A stretch of 59,236 nucleotides of DNA, filler included, from Sphacelaria rigidula (GCA_964200075.2; 8 parts of 8 records of this genome joined end to end with filler, not necessarily neighbours in it), one strand, 5' to 3'. Positions 10,560 to 24,559 are shown, numbered from the whole stretch's first letter. Notes: generated by a model from the letters alone, not told the origin. Numbers and translations are program-made.

Positions 10560-13500
10560 ACTTGGAATTCCCCCGTAACCCTGCTGCAGAGGTTTCAGAG
10601 GATAAAACGTCTTGATTTTTCTGGCCTACTTTACAACCTGTTGATCTCATCCTTCCTCCCACATCAGGTGATGACAATTGAACCCGGAACGAGTCGGGAA
10701 TGGCCTTGTCTATCATTTCAATGGCGAGTATGTCTGCCCGGAACTTTCAAACCGCCGCCAGTCACGGTCGCGAAGGCATAAAACCGTCGAGCAGGCTGCT
10801 TGACGATTTGCGCCGAGAGAGCGATCACTGGCTGCAAACCGAACCGGTCTGTCAACACGGCGTGGTGCTTATTGAGTTCACGGCGAGAATTGTGAAACGC
10901 CTATTGTGGTGTTTTACGAGCTGCGATCAGGCCGACTATCCTCCGCCCCCGACCGACCGCCATCCGACCGGGGATCGTTTTGTCAGGGAAACCAAATCCA
11001 ACCCGCGGAGAAAGGACACAACGACACGCGCTGAGGAGCCTGTGTACTATGTCAGCGGTGGTGCAACAAGCAAACTGGCCGGTGAGCTGGGTCGACGTTG
11101 TTGAGCTCTGAGTTCGAAATTCAGCTGTGGAGTTTTATTCAGAGTTTGGAAATGTCACCGTCGCACTCCAATCATCCAACTCGTCGGACTCAGATCACAA
11201 CATCGCGTGGATCACGTGCGACACCTTCGTCGACTCGCACGAAACAGACACCAGTAAACCCCTATCGGGTTCAAATCCGTAGATATGCTAGTAACAACTC
11301 CTTCCACCAACATTTGTGAGCAACGTATACAGCTTATCGTCAGGAAGTCCAAGCAGAGCAAACTCAGGGATCAAGTCTGCAAACGGGCGGCGAATTTCGC
11401 CGACAGACTCCGGAGATCCGCCGAAATAATAAATGCCATGTCCGACCCCACAGCCCCGTGTACACGGGTGGTTCGAGGATGCTAGAACCGGAGTTCTGAA
11501 ACATCTGGGGTAGGCGGGAGAGGGCGAACTTGGTGATATAACTATGGCCGAGAGATAGCTCCGCATGGCGCACGTTACGAGCAGCGTGCCGGAGATTCAA
11601 AGAGGTAATCCAAAACCGGGTTGAACAAGTACCTGGATGTATATGCGAAGGAACTGGACGAGTGACTTGGAATTGGGGACATGAGAGGCTGGTACAGGCA
11701 TTCGAAATAAGGATGGAGGTAAGCGGGGGGGAAACCGGAGAACGAGCAGAACACTAAGAGTCGGGAGGAGAAATGCTACGGCAGAGGGGTCCATTCCGTG
11801 AGAAATGGAAACGATATCTTTCCACTTTGCTGAATATGTCATTGGCAACTGTCGATCCAACCGTCATCGGGAGCATCATGCCACCACAGAAAGTTGTCCC
11901 TTGTTGACCTACCGATCCTGGAGAAGGTAGAAGAGGCACCGAGAGCTATGGCTAACCGCAAATCGATGGGACCAGATGGCCCATCGGCTGAGTTGTCCGA
12001 GCTTGGACTCGTCAGGCAGCCCTCGAACCTCCTGCGCCACTTCCATAGCATCATCGTTGCTGCTTGAACGTCCGCCGAGGTGCTGGAAGAGCGGAACGGT
12101 ACCGCTATCAAAGTGCTGCACAAGAAGGATTGGACCGACTCTGGTAACTCTGTATGGATCTCTCTCGCGGCGTACACTGGAAAAGTTATCCTGCAAAGCG
12201 TACCTAAAAGGCTTGGCCCTTTCTGCGAGGAGGAAGGAATTTCTCGGGGACATAGTGCGGATTCCGCCGCCAACGATCAACCATCGACATGATGTCCGTA
12301 GTATGCTCACTGCAAACGTTGAGACTCGAGGGCATTATCCCATGAACATGTGATTCATCGACCTGCAGAACGTGCACAGCTTCGAAGATCGCACGCTCTT
12401 GTGGGAAGTACTAGCTTGGCCCGGAGTCCAGCCGCGGACGACCAAGGTCATCCGTACGTTCCACGATGGCGTGTAAGCTCGGATAACGAACTACCAGGAT
12501 CTTCCCACTTCTGCCAGAAACTCAGGCAAGGACGCATTTCGTCCCCGTTACTGTTCAACATCTTCGACGCATGATGAAATCGATGTGGTTATACAGCATT
12601 TCACGGCGGACCCGGTCGTCGTGTGAGACGTGACATGTCCAGATTATTGGCAACAAGCAAGGATGAGAACCCTGGACAAGAATCACCGCTGGAGATTGGG
12701 CGGCGCGCGGTGTGGGGAATACCGTCCGCGGAAGAAGCGGTCATAGCCTCGAGGTCCCCAGAAGGGCTTACTAGGGTGATAGCCGTGATAGTGGTATCTT
12801 GTCAGGAGTTTAGATCAACAACTTCAGGAAACAAGGCAGACTCCATGCACTTGCTGTCAATCCCCATCTCCCCAGCGACAGCACTGCACATCAAGGTCGG
12901 ACGCCGAAGGTACGAGCAGACGATCGAGTTTGTCTGCCTTGGTGCTGTCAGTTCGGGGGCGAATAATGCCATCGAAATCCAACGCCGAATCAGCGCCGCG
13001 TGGGCACGCCTCCGAAAGAACAGCTCCCCGCTTTATGATCGCCTCAATGCCTGACTCCATCTCAAAATCCGGCTGCTCACAGCGGAGGTGGTGGAAGCTA
13101 TGCTTTACAGATGCACGTGGACGCTGCACTCAAACGAATTTGAAACTCTGCGAACTGCCCACCACATGCTTTTACCGTAAGCAGTCGGCTTCGATAGGTA
13201 TAGTCGCGGGGGACACGAGAGTATTTCTCACAAAAGTGTGCTCCAGACCATCCGCGAGTCGCCAATTCGGTTCGCGGGGACCCTTGTACGGCAAGGTGGT
13301 ACACGCCTCTAGAAGCGCACCATGTTCGGACGGTTGGCCACACAAGAAGCCTGGCGGGCCTCCCAAACACTGGGGGAACCGCCTGCAAGAGAAGCTGCGT
13401 GCCTTAGGCGCTATCTCACGAAAGAGAGGACCGAAGAAATCGTCTGCCTACGGGTTGGAGGTCAAAGACGCACCAGATTCGGTCGCTGCCGCTGAGAACG

Positions 13501-14300
13501 TGAACAGATTGGCATCTGGGGATCGTGAAAGGGCGAGCTACGTCGAGGAGGCGCGGCGGAGAGGAGATCTGCAAACTACAAGACAGCCGCCGCACAACAA
13601 CAGCAGCCACAGCTTTTGAGGAATGCAAGATGAAAACTATCAAGAGAGTGCCCCCCTTTGCCCCTGACTAGGGATGTGCGGGCAAGACGGCGGTTGCACA
13701 GAACTGATAAACCCTCTCTCTTGTCCTATCGGCTGCTGAACCATTTCCTCGACTTACAACTTGAGCGATGTTTTCGAGCTATTTCTCTGCAGGTGGGCTG
13801 CTTTGTCGATGGACTATTCTTGTTCTATTTTATCTGTGATCCGCCTTCTCTCTCTCCTTCTCCCCCCCGTTTTTTGCTTCGTTCTTCCCTTCCCCTCTTC
13901 GTTTCCTGTACCCATTTGTTCGGTTTTGCCTTTTACTACTATTGCGTTATTTTCGGTGCCGTATTTATATTTGTGTCTCGCTCCGTATTGGTGAGACTTC
14001 TTGCCAGGGTAACGCGCTTTTCACATCGCTGAGTCACAACCTGCTTTCACGGTCTCGTTCATTCTATTTTTTGTCTTCGTGCGCCCTTCTTACGTAAAAC
14101 AATGCGGCATGAGCCCGCCGGATAGTTTATCGTCGAAACCAGTGCTAAATCGTAGGCTGGCGATTTGATTGTTTTCCTCCTTCCCTTTCCTTCTTTTTTC
14201 TTCTTTCCGTCCATCTCGCTTCTTTTCATGTAGTTCCCTTCCGGTTTGTAGTTAGTCCCCTCTGTTATTATCTATTTTCTACTTTGTCATGACTGCTGCC
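10560..14300 (+). mobile_element. Degenerate near-full-length RTE-clade LINE, antisense within a presumed kinase intron
   Basis: Endonuclease end GNVTV..SDSDHNI (~11147-11210). AMANRKSMGPDG.SAEL at ~11945. RT motifs IKVLHKK.D.TD.GN...ISLAA.TGKV, CGFRRQRST.DMM, FIDLQ and LRQG..SPLLFNIF. Many frameshifts. Boundaries are approximate. Confidence 0.88.
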
Positions 14301-14836
14301 GAGATAGCCCCCCCCCCCGAACCGGCCAAAAACGTGCTCGGAGGCGATGATCATAAATGCTGTGAGAGCTAGTTTTGTGCTGCACGACGCGACTCATTTG
14401 GGCGTTTCATAGCTGATTTCGGACTGCTACACGCCTCTCATGTGAGCGAAATTGCTGCAAAGGAGCCCAATAGTGGGATCACAGCCGGTTTGTCGACCGG
14501 TCTCTGGTGCACTTTTTGTGGGACGGCTATCTCGGCATTAATTAGTCTCATGTTTGCCCTTATTTTTCAAGTTTCTTTCAGCGAGTGTCTTCGTTTATTC
14601 ACTTCGGGTACGTGTACTGTTCTGACCACACCTAGATTCCTCGAGAGTGATGCTACGGTAGGGGTACACAAATAATTTCTGAGGTTAGAATTGTTAGGAG
14701 CCCTTCGTCTCATCCAAAACACGACTTATGAAAATANNNNNNNNNNNNNNNNNNNNNNNNNNNNNNNNNNNNNNNNNNNNTTAATTAATTAANNNNNNNN
14801 NNNNNNNNNNNNNNNNNNNNNNNNNNNNNNNNNNNN

Positions 14837-14869
<33 letters not shown>
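14837..14869. repeat. (AAT)n microsatellite at contig start
   Basis: About 11 AAT units. Confidence 0.9.
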
Positions 14870-14874
<5 letters not shown>

Positions 14875-15204
14875 AACAACAATTCAAACCTCAGAAAATA
14901 TTTGTGCACCCCTACCGTAGCATGCCTCAGGCGTTTAATCCCTCTGGAGGAAAGCAAAAAATCTCCTCTGGAGGGCCGCGCAGCTCTCCGGAGGCGTTTA
15001 ATTTCTCTGGTGGCTCGAAAAGTTTACCCACCTCGAGGACTTTTGGAGGTAGCCAAATGGCCGCCGGTGTATGTCTACCTTGGGACCACGGTCGGGTTCC
15101 TTGGGGATTATCAGCAGCAGCAGTGTATCTGCAGAGTTAAGAAGTAGCACCCAGATTACGCCACACATACAACGAAGTAGATGCCTTTAAACCATACAAT
15201 ATAA

Positions 15205-15560
15205 GTCGGTCGCCCCGGTGGCTCAGTTCGTGTCTCCGAAACCTTCCGACGGATGGGTCGTGGGTTCGAATTTCGGAGTGATCTGGGAATTTTCCTCACA
15301 CAATGCCCAACAGTGGAGAGCGACTATGTGGTGGGTACACAAAAGTCGACTATATGGTCGACGAGGGAAAGGGACTGCTGAATCTCTCTCGCGGTAAAAA
15401 CGAACGGCAAGCACCGCAGAAGGAAGGTGGAGTACTAAAACAAACAAAAAACAATCAAACCCTATGTTGACCTTCCTCCTGTGTGATCCCGGCTGGTTCG
15501 CCCTCATCTACCGAAAGATGTATATCGGCGTCCAGGATAAACGATGCGACAACACACACA
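15205..15560 (+). mobile_element. tRNA-derived SINE, copy 1
   Basis: The head gccccggtggctcagttcg...gtgggttcgaat has Pol III A and B boxes. It aligns over ~350 bp to the reverse complement of 18038-18387 and ends in cgacaacacac. Confidence 0.85.
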
Positions 15561-17182
15561 GACAGTAGAATGCGCCGCGCGCTCTGGTGGGTCATCCAGG
15601 CCCTTTGAACATTTCATACTATCCTGGGACACCAAATTAAATGCGGCCTGTTGGCGGGTACCCGTTCGCGAGGATTTCGCGTAAAAATCGAGGTACTGTA
15701 CCCGAGTTCGTGCCCCGTGCATCGCGCTGAGGTTTTTACGCATGGCGGAGCTAACATCAAGACCGGAGCAAGGAAGTTATCAGCCTCTCCTTGGGCTGCT
15801 GACTCGTCGCCGTCGAAAGCTACGGCCAAACCGAATGTTGGAGATATATGGATTTAAAATTGGGTGGATTTATGTCCACGCCATTGAGAATATGAGTTCA
15901 CATTCTGGATCCCTCTCGCGTGGCTCGAGAAGTTCTGTTGTATCGTCCCACCATCGGCCGCGTGGTTCCATATACCAACGTGCCACGCGGATCACGGTTG
16001 CAACGCTTAAAGTCACTCCAACACCCCGAAATCTGCGGCCAGTCGAATCCCGCAAAATATTTGAGAATTCTGCGACGATTGCTGAATACATTTTCACAAG
16101 AGCTATATTTCGTGCCGCTCGGGTTACACATACACATTTAGTGTGATATACGTTTTCATATTTACTTCAAGTGTGCGCATCCCTGCTAGCCATTGGCATC
16201 ATGTCCAGGGTATGTTGACGTTGCTTCAAAACTCAGCCTGAGGCTCGCGCATTAGATTCGCTGACCCAAGAAGATGAAACGACATTTCATCAAAGCGCAG
16301 TAGCACTTCCGGTCCCCACCTCGTCGGCAAACCCATCAGTCCTTCAGTCCTCGGAAACCGAGTTGATCGTGCCGAGCTACGGCATGTAAACGATGGGACA
16401 GCATCGAGACGGTGGCCGCACTCAGGACGCCCTAGGATTGCCAGAAATCACACCAGGTTTGACAAGACATCGACGGGGGTTGAACAACGACAATTCAGCT
16501 CTTTTTCATAAGGGTGGCCCGTTTGTGTGAGCTGAACTATTTGGATGACACCGATACGTGACGATCGATACGGCTCAAGACTAAAGCGGATGGATGCCAC
16601 GGAAAATCCCCTTCCTACCTAGAAAATAAAAAAAACGAAACATGCGCGAACATATGGACCAGCATTCAGCGTCAGCGACAAGCAAGTCCAGTGCCGGAAA
16701 ACACCAATAGATCGCGCAAGATTAAGTTATTATCTTTATATTTCCTTCCAAGGCGCACACGCGATGGTTCACAACGCAGGATCCGTCCATGTGCTATCGC
16801 GCGAAAGTGCGACACAAAAAAATCGCATAGTTACCCTCCGTGCGCTGTTCAAGCAAACACGTCATGTAACCAGCCTCTATGGTCATGTCCCCTCTCCACA
16901 CAATGCCACAACACATGGAGCCTCCCTCTGGCAGCCTTGCTCATCAACGCAGTAGCCACACAACGCGCCCGGGAATATTTTGGAAAAAATTCGGGGAAGC
17001 TGAAAAGCCAGTCCTTGAGATTGCAATTTTTATTGGATACCAACCAGTACAGAGCAACGAGCACCGCCAAAACACTGCTTTCGGGATGGCCGCAAGTCTG
17101 TAAGCAATTTCAAAAGGAAAGAAGTCCCTTTCTAGGTGCAGCAGGGGAAGCTCCAAAGAGCATCAAAACACGAACAATATTG

Positions 17183-17533
17183 TCACTCCGACGATGAGGC
17201 CAAGCCATTAAGCATATCCTCGAGCTTCTTGTCCATTTCCGCATTATTCTCGTCCATTGTGAGCCTCAAATCCGCTCCTATCCTATCCATCTTCTCCACG
17301 AAAGGCTTGATTGCCTTTCTTACCCCTTCTCCCAAAACAAAATCGCCGTCCGCTGGCGCTACACCATTGCCGGCCGCCGGCGCAACATCACCGCCCGACG
17401 GTCCCCCAACCTCCCCCGCGAGCCCGGCCAGTAACTCTTGGGCCGAAGAAGTCAACTCGAACTGCTCTGCCGCCGCTTCCTGCTCGCCAACTAAACCTGC
17501 ATTATTGTCGTCGTTGGCGTTTTTTTGTTGCAT
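17183..17533 (-). CDS. Hypothetical intronless acidic protein (116 aa) with a C-terminal coiled-coil-like segment
   Basis: ATG at 17533 to TGA. GC-rich, protein-like composition (MQQKNAND..FVEKMDRIGADLRLTMDENNAEMDKKLEDMLNGL). No recognised domain. Confidence 0.5.
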   Translation of the reverse strand: MQQKNANDDNNAGLVGEQEAAAEQFELTSSAQELLAGLAGEVGGPSGGDVAPAAGNGVAPADGDFVLGEGVRKAIKPFVEKMDRIGADLRLTMDENNAEMDKKLEDMLNGLASSSE

Positions 17534-18037
17534 CGCTTTTGTCGACGAAATCGCAGAGAAATCGCGTGGGATGGATGAACGTGTGAATGAAAAATAACAC
17601 CGAGCTCGAAATCTAGAGAAAACTCGGGAATATCTGCAAGCACAGCTGCCTCGCAAACGTCGATGCTTGAATTGTTTGGTATTGCGGCTGTGCATTTAAT
17701 CAAAGCAATTTCGTAAACGCTACTTTTTGCACTGTGAAATTCGGAATTCCCCCCATTCCATTCCCGCAGCACAGAATTGGGGGTATTCACGCGTACGTAT
17801 GGACCAAACTGCTGAATGTATTGAATTATTGCGCTGAACCGTGCCTCACGTGGGATGAAAACTTGATTTGTTCACGAATCCTAGCACACGATGGCCGCGA
17901 ATTCCCAGCAATGACATGGTTTTAGAAGATGCGATGGGACCCTCATCGTCGACTGGACATGTGACAGCTAAAAGTGAACCACCACTATTTTTTGTACTGT
18001 TTACGAGATAATTTTAGAAATCTACAAGCAGTCAATC

Positions 18038-18387
18038 CAGTGTGTTGTCGTCCCATCTGTTCTCGACGCCGGTCTACACCTTTCGATATATGTGGGTGCA
18101 CCAGCCGGGGTCACACAGGAGGAAGGACAACACAAGAGCTTTTTTCTTCTGTGTTTCGGTCTCCATCTTCCTTCTGCGGTGTCTGCCCTTCTTTATTATC
18201 GCGAGAGGGGTCCAGCAGTCCCTTTCCCTCGTCGACCATTGAGTCGAATGTCGTGTACCCACGACATGGTCGCTTTCCACTGTTAAGGATTGTGTGAGAA
18301 AAAATCTCAGATCGCTCCGACATTCGAACCCACGACTCAACCGTCAGAAGGTTTCGAGGATACCAACTGAGCCACCGGGGCGACCGG
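18038..18387 (-). mobile_element. tRNA-derived SINE, copy 2
   Basis: Minus strand ggtcgccccggtggctcagttggtatcc...gtcgtgggttcgaat, with A box TGGCTCAGTTGG and B box GGTTCGAAT. Confidence 0.85.
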
Positions 18388-18944
18388 TCTCAGTACAGCC
18401 TCTCGTCTCCTAACCCATTCTCGGTGATTTTTGCGCATACTTCCTTATTTGCACAATTGGCAAGACCTGCGATCATCAAGTCCGCAGGGCAGCAAAAAAC
18501 GATTTGACTGACAGTCCTCCTAAAAATGAGCGGAGTTGACTACTATTCCCTCTCGCGTTATAAGCCCCGTTTGAGTGGTTAGGTAACTATTTTTTGTACC
18601 ACATAACCCGTCAGGCCTCCTTTCTATTTTCGCCGCGTATTTTGTGGTGCAAAAATGTAATCCTCAGACCTAAAACATGAAAATGCCACCCCTACGAGTA
18701 CGAACGACATGTCGAAAACCTGCTGGACGTGGTCGAGGGGGTTTGGCATGACTGCAATAGCGCAGATACCACCCGAGGGACGAAAAAAACAAACCATTGG
18801 AGCATTTGTTGCACGGCAGGAGCTCATCCTCAAAACAGTAGCTACCAAGGTAATTTCGGTATGTTCTACTTGCTCTGAACCCTTCAGGGCTTACCTAGGT
18901 GGCGGTATTTGGAAAATGATTGTACGGTACAGTGGTTGATTACT

Positions 18945-19012
18945 TGTTGTTGTTGTCGTTGTCTTCACATTGAAAACCGCTCCGATATCTGCGCGGTACA
19001 TCCTTACTGGGC
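18945..19012 (-). repeat. Retroposon 3' end with (CAA)n tail; second copy at 51921-51979 (+)
   Basis: cccagta..atgtaccgcgcagatatcgga.cgg.ttt..aatgtgaagacaac..caac is shared between contigs 3 and 8. Confidence 0.7.
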
Positions 19013-19659
19013 ATCTGATGCGGACGCCTTTCGTGGTCACAGGCTAGTTACCTCTAGTAAGGTATGAAGAAATCAAACGATCACTATAGTACGTTGTTAC
19101 TGCGGTTCATACACAGTTGGCATTGGTTCTGCGACCTGTTGGACCCGCCGAAACCAGTTCTAGCGACCAGAACGAATACGTCCCCTGCGTTTTGTTCAGG
19201 GTCATGCCGTAAGGGAGTAATTTTATTCGACCCCACACTCGGAAGCTTAGGAACCGCAGATCGAGCAGATCCTCACTCGGGCGATGATCTGGAAAATGTT
19301 CAAAGGTGAAGGCATCTCCGGACAGGCATCATATTGGTGTGTGAAGTGAGCGTACTGCCTGTATTTATCCATGGTGACGTACATGCAAAAGTTAGAGTAT
19401 TTTCAAGATGTTCATGTATTTTACCGGCCATTTTTTCATGGATATCGAAATTGCGCACTTCACAAAGCAAAGACCAGCGCACCACAGAGCACCGCGCAAC
19501 AAACCACGCGAGATTTTCTGTTGCGTTCATCAACATCTGCTTCGTCGGCAATTGGATACTATTAAGCTGGAGGCAAGCGTCAGGTCATCACTTTCAAGGA
19601 AATAAAACGTTCCGGCAGTCTATCGTTCAATTTGCTGATGATGTTTCCCTCCGTGCTCT

Positions 19660-20200
19660 CGTGATTTTTCCCTTGGTCGGTGGCTCTGCGGTGCCCCCCT
19701 GGTGTGTGTCTGGACCTGCTCTGGTGCTCTGAACCCTTTGGGTGTCAGCACTCTTATAGCCTCCTTCTTCTCTGTTCTCCCTGTCTCCATCTTTCTAGTA
19801 TGTGCTCTTTTCTATCCGTGTATGCCAGAGCAGTGTGGTGCCTCGCTTCCGTAGGTTTCATGAATGACAGGTTTCATACCCAAAACAGCGAGGTCACGGT
19901 AGATGAGCCGCAATCTGTTCCCACGGTCTCCTGTTTCCTATGATTGGGGATGAGCGTGGTTTTATCTCAGGAGATTTTCCCACCGAAGCCATGGGTCAGA
20001 GGCCGGCCGTTTCCATTTATCTTCTCTTCTCTTGTCTTTGTTTTTCTTAGTATTTCCTGCTTACCCGTTGTACCTTTTCTTCTTTCAATGTTCCCCACTT
20101 TTCCTTAGCGGGTGTTTCTCGTTTGTTTTTTTCTCGGGGTATGTTCATCATTTGGCCACGGCTGCGTCCCTGGGGGATCAATTGAAATGCGACAACAGCA
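19660..20200 (+). mobile_element. RTE LINE 3' UTR fragment
   Basis: Colinear similarity to the reverse complement of 5600-6150 (gtgtatgccagagcagtgtg, gagccgcaat, cagaggcc, tggccacggctg..ccctggggg..tgcgacaac). Confidence 0.7.
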
Positions 20201-23200
20201 AAATTTCGTCGTCATGCACTTACTCTTACACAATAGTAGCTTACGGACTATATGAGAAGTGCATGGAAATCTAAGGACGCGAATGTGCGAGGGAGTCTGA
20301 AAAAAGAGCGGCTTCATCTCTTATTTGTGCACAAAGCCAAGACATTTATCTCATACTGCTCCAGTCATCGTTTCGAACCAGATTTCCGGTTATATGACAG
20401 GGTACCATCTCACCACCTTCACGGCACACTGAATGACATGGGCGACGCTGGTGTGCTTGCGGTCGATGTCTTTTTGGAACAACTTTCGAAGCTTAAAGAA
20501 GTGCAGAGTGCACGGAAGCAGGTGTGCGGCGTTTGTGCTTCGGTTAAGAATATTTTTGGGCTATGGCTCACTCTAGTATATGATGGAGTACTCTGTGTTT
20601 TTACCACACACGGGGATTTTGTTGAGGTCTAACTCTGTATTGTCGCCCTGCCTGTACTGTCATCGAAAGCTGTATCTCCGGCTATACCATAGGAAAGAGC
20701 ACCCCACCAAACCCACGCCATATTCCATGACACGAGTGGTGGTGCCATGTCAACGGTTCAGGTCTAGAAGAGATCTGAAGGCTCGTGCGGGGGTGTGAAA
20801 ACGACCGCAAAATTCCACGTACCGCAATATATCACGGTAACCTGGAGCCCTGAAAGGGTTGCCATACATGAAGCGTTTTAATATTGTAGCGAGACATATG
20901 AAGAGTATATTCGCCGAACATGGGTTTAGTGGTGAAACTCCGAGCGCGCAGCTGGGATAAAAACTGCCAAAAATCACACGATTCCGCAGAAAAATTCGGG
21001 AGTTGGAGGAAAGCTCACGTACCGGAATGGGTGTTCCTTATCCCATGGTGGTGAGTATATATTATACTCTCGAAGCTTTGCTGGTACTTGATAACTTTCG
21101 TACTCATGATAATGCATGCCATAGTCGTGAGACCGTTGACCTCGCCTCGATAACTTTTGAGGGGATAATTTTTTTCTTGTGACACCGTCCTGAATCACGA
21201 AAACCTCATTCAGGGTGTATATTATCGGGTAGCCAAATGGGTCTTATATCGTTGGGCAGAATGCTGGTTTAAAAAATGCAGTACTTCAAACGTACTGTGG
21301 CAACAATCGCCTGGTTTCGTGAACAGGGGAATATGTATAAAGTATAGTGTATGGAAATCCGTGGCTAGTCTTGAGCCAAGTCAAGGACACACTTGAACCA
21401 CTTATCATTTCATCAGTTCCATGCATGGCGATAGACGGTTGCTACCGCTACTGTCGCCGAATAAGTAAACATGCAAAAAATCGTGGCTTATTTAGCATTC
21501 ACGGTATTTTCCGGATAGCAGTGGTACACCCTGTAGCACTCTGTCTGTGCTTTCCCCCCCCATGAACGAACGGCTTGGCCATGGTCAGTGTGGATCGCTG
21601 TCCAATGCACGCAATGTACGATTACACTCAACGGTCAAATGTCGTACTTCAGCCACTAGCAGCAAATCAGTGTTCTCAAGTGTACAGTAGTTCTCTGTAC
21701 GAAGAAGTGGCATGTGGAGACGACTGCGCAACAGTAGCTCCTCTACTGTCTAGTGTTTCACAGGGAATTAAGGGTACATATGGGTTGGTTGCAAGGCAAA
21801 ACATTAGTCATCTTGTACATACATGAATAGAACACTCGTTTACTTCATTACAAGGTCAACTAATTTCCCGTCGAAACTGTTCGATCGACGCGGCAACATG
21901 CACGTCCGCCCCCCCTCGCCCTGTTTGCCCTCGGCGCTTGAAACTACTTACTGACAGGAAGCTCAGAGATAAATGTTTGAGTGCGCGTAGTACCGTAAGA
22001 TACCGAGTACATGAACTGGACTGATGATTCATATATATATATATATATATACATATGTATTTTTCCCGGGGGGGGGGGGGGGGGGGGGGATGGTGCACCA
22101 CCTGATACGTGGGCGGAGGGGGAATATTCATGTAAACATCTTGTCATTTTTTTNNNNNNNNNNNNNNNNNNNNNNNNNNNNNNNNNNNNNNNNNNNNTTA
22201 ATTAATTAANNNNNNNNNNNNNNNNNNNNNNNNNNNNNNNNNNNNNNNNNNNNATTTTAATCCTCCGGGTTCTCATCCTCAATGAAAAGCACCATCCTTA
22301 ACATAGATGATCGGCTGTTACACGCAAATGCGTCACACAGGACACCAAACGAACCCTTCAACGTCTTAGAATTAGCCTTTCATGGGCATGGCCGCGGAAG
22401 GCGATCGCATCAGATGCCTAGTACTTGTGTTTGAAGGTACTGCGCAGAGATCAAAATGGTTTTTAATGTAAGAAAACAGCGACAACCAGCATGACGGTAT
22501 CACCTCCCAGGGGGGCTCTCTTGTATCTCTCTTCTCTTTGTCAGAGTGACCTGCCGTGAGCAAGCACACACACATAAACAGAAAACATCCCAGATGCGGG
22601 AAACAATGTGCTCACTGATCGTACATCATCTCCCGCTGGCTGATAGTAGCTGCGCGCCGGACACGAAATAAGAGGGAAAAAAACATTGACTTTCCCCCGT
22701 GCTTCCTCACAAAGACAATACTGAAGGTTCTATTGCAGCGTTTGCGAATGTAGCTGCAATACTGTACCTTCACGACATATCGGTACTCAAGAAAGGGGAA
22801 AAATACCGGCACCGTCGTTATCTGGCTTGCAGTCACAGAAGGCGTTTTTGTTCATTGCCGAACACGCTAGCTTGTTGTCATGATAACCTCGGTCGCTAGT
22901 ATCTCAAAGTGAGAGAGGGTTGTTGGATAATACCAAATGGCTTCCATTTTTCGTGGTGTGTATCGCTTGCCACCTCCCCCGCTAACTTCCCCGACCCTAC
23001 AAACGTGTGTTGTCCGGGTGACTCCAGCGGAATCCTTTGCTGTCTTCCGCTCTGTTGGTGGGTAAGTAGAACTCGCAGCACTTCCTGCGATGACAAATTG
23101 CCTGATTTGGGGATGCAAAATCTTCACGTCAATCGAAAAGGAGAAAGTCGAGTAAAATAAACAGCTGGAAATTCCCACGCTTGGGTTCGTTTTCGCCAAT

Positions 23201-23387
23201 GTCGCCCAGATCAGGCACTTCATGCAGCCTGAACCCAAACATCAGGCGCTGTATGGCCACTCTCTTCGTGGCGCTTTTGGAATAAAGCATGATTAGTTGC
23301 TCAGATGCGCAAGACGTCGTAACATTATCCGAACTTGTGAATTGGCTTTGCCACGCAACCGAGACTTGATATCATCATCAACATGAA

Positions 23388-23389
23388 TA

Positions 23390-23430
<41 letters not shown>

Positions 23431-23510
23431 AACAGAACAACTATAACAACAACGACGGCAACAAGAACAACAACCACAACGGCAACCACAACAACATGAA
23501 CGACGAGAAA
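23388..23510. repeat. (GAC)n/(CAA)n microsatellite
   Basis: About 13 GAC units followed by degenerate CAA units. Confidence 0.9.
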
Positions 23511-24559
23511 AGTCTTGAGTGACTTTATTCAAACGACGCAAGCAAACACGAAAATAGACACAACTACTGTGATCGTCTATCACAATCCAATAAAAATATG
23601 GTACTCACATGCCACACGCTATGGTTACGCTTGAAGCAATGCTGTGAGTGACCACCAACCACTAAAATAAATAGGGCTATGATCGATTTTCCTTCTATCT
23701 TACAAGTACTAACATGGCGTCATCTAAGAGAATCCATCCCCAATTCTGCCACATCCCATCGTCCTTCGAAATCGAGCTTCATTTACCCACAGACCTACTG
23801 TAGAGAACTTGCCGACTCAAGAGTTTGGCATGGGGGAAGTGAAAAAAAATACTTGGCAAAAAAAAACAACGTTGACCCCTCAAAACTCTAACCCTCCCCG
23901 CCGTAGATCCTCTGCTGCGAGCCGGTAGGCACGCGCACATCTCTAACATACCATGGTAGGTTTGCATCTGTACCACGTCCCTGGCGCGACAAAGTGCAAT
24001 CGAGCCCACTCCTTACCTCATGTCCTTTTCTCATGGCCGTGTTCGCGTGAACTCGCCAAGAATATTATTCTCGCTGTAGCAAAAACACTACAGGCAATCC
24101 ACAGGGCCGAAGCAACGCACCATGCATGCGTTCATGCTTTCACCCATGTTCACTGACGCTACTGCATTCCAAACTTAGAGGGGTGGGGGTACTCATGGTC
24201 ATACATGCCGTAGTCATGAGACCATTGGCGAGGGGTGAGGGGGGAGGGTTTGCACGCCTCTTTCGAAGACACTCCCTAATTCTTGCAAGCTACTCGATTT
24301 TTACGAAGCGCTTCGATCTCTTCGAAACCAACCGCTCGGATTTCTGTCTTCCATTCCCCTTCTTCCAAACGTCCCTCCTTCGACCTGTTCTTCGATAACC
24401 CCCAAGTAGTCGCCAAATGACATATTTTTGTCTGCCTAGCACTATGGCTTCCCGCCATTATCCTTTTGTTCTTCTGAGCCTCCCGTTGCCGTGGAAGAAG
24501 AGACTATGCCACTGGCAATAACCTCTCCGCCGTCCTCCCCCTCCCTCATTGAGGCTTCC

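Noticed and set aside
15211-15285. Functional tRNA gene
   Set aside because: There is no complete cloverleaf, and the sequence continues into a ~350-bp repeat body, so it is a SINE head.
18749-20521. Exon-like pieces on + (18749-18849, 19200-19306, 20401-20521)
   Set aside because: The splice signals are plausible, but no recognisable protein or consistent frame could be assembled.
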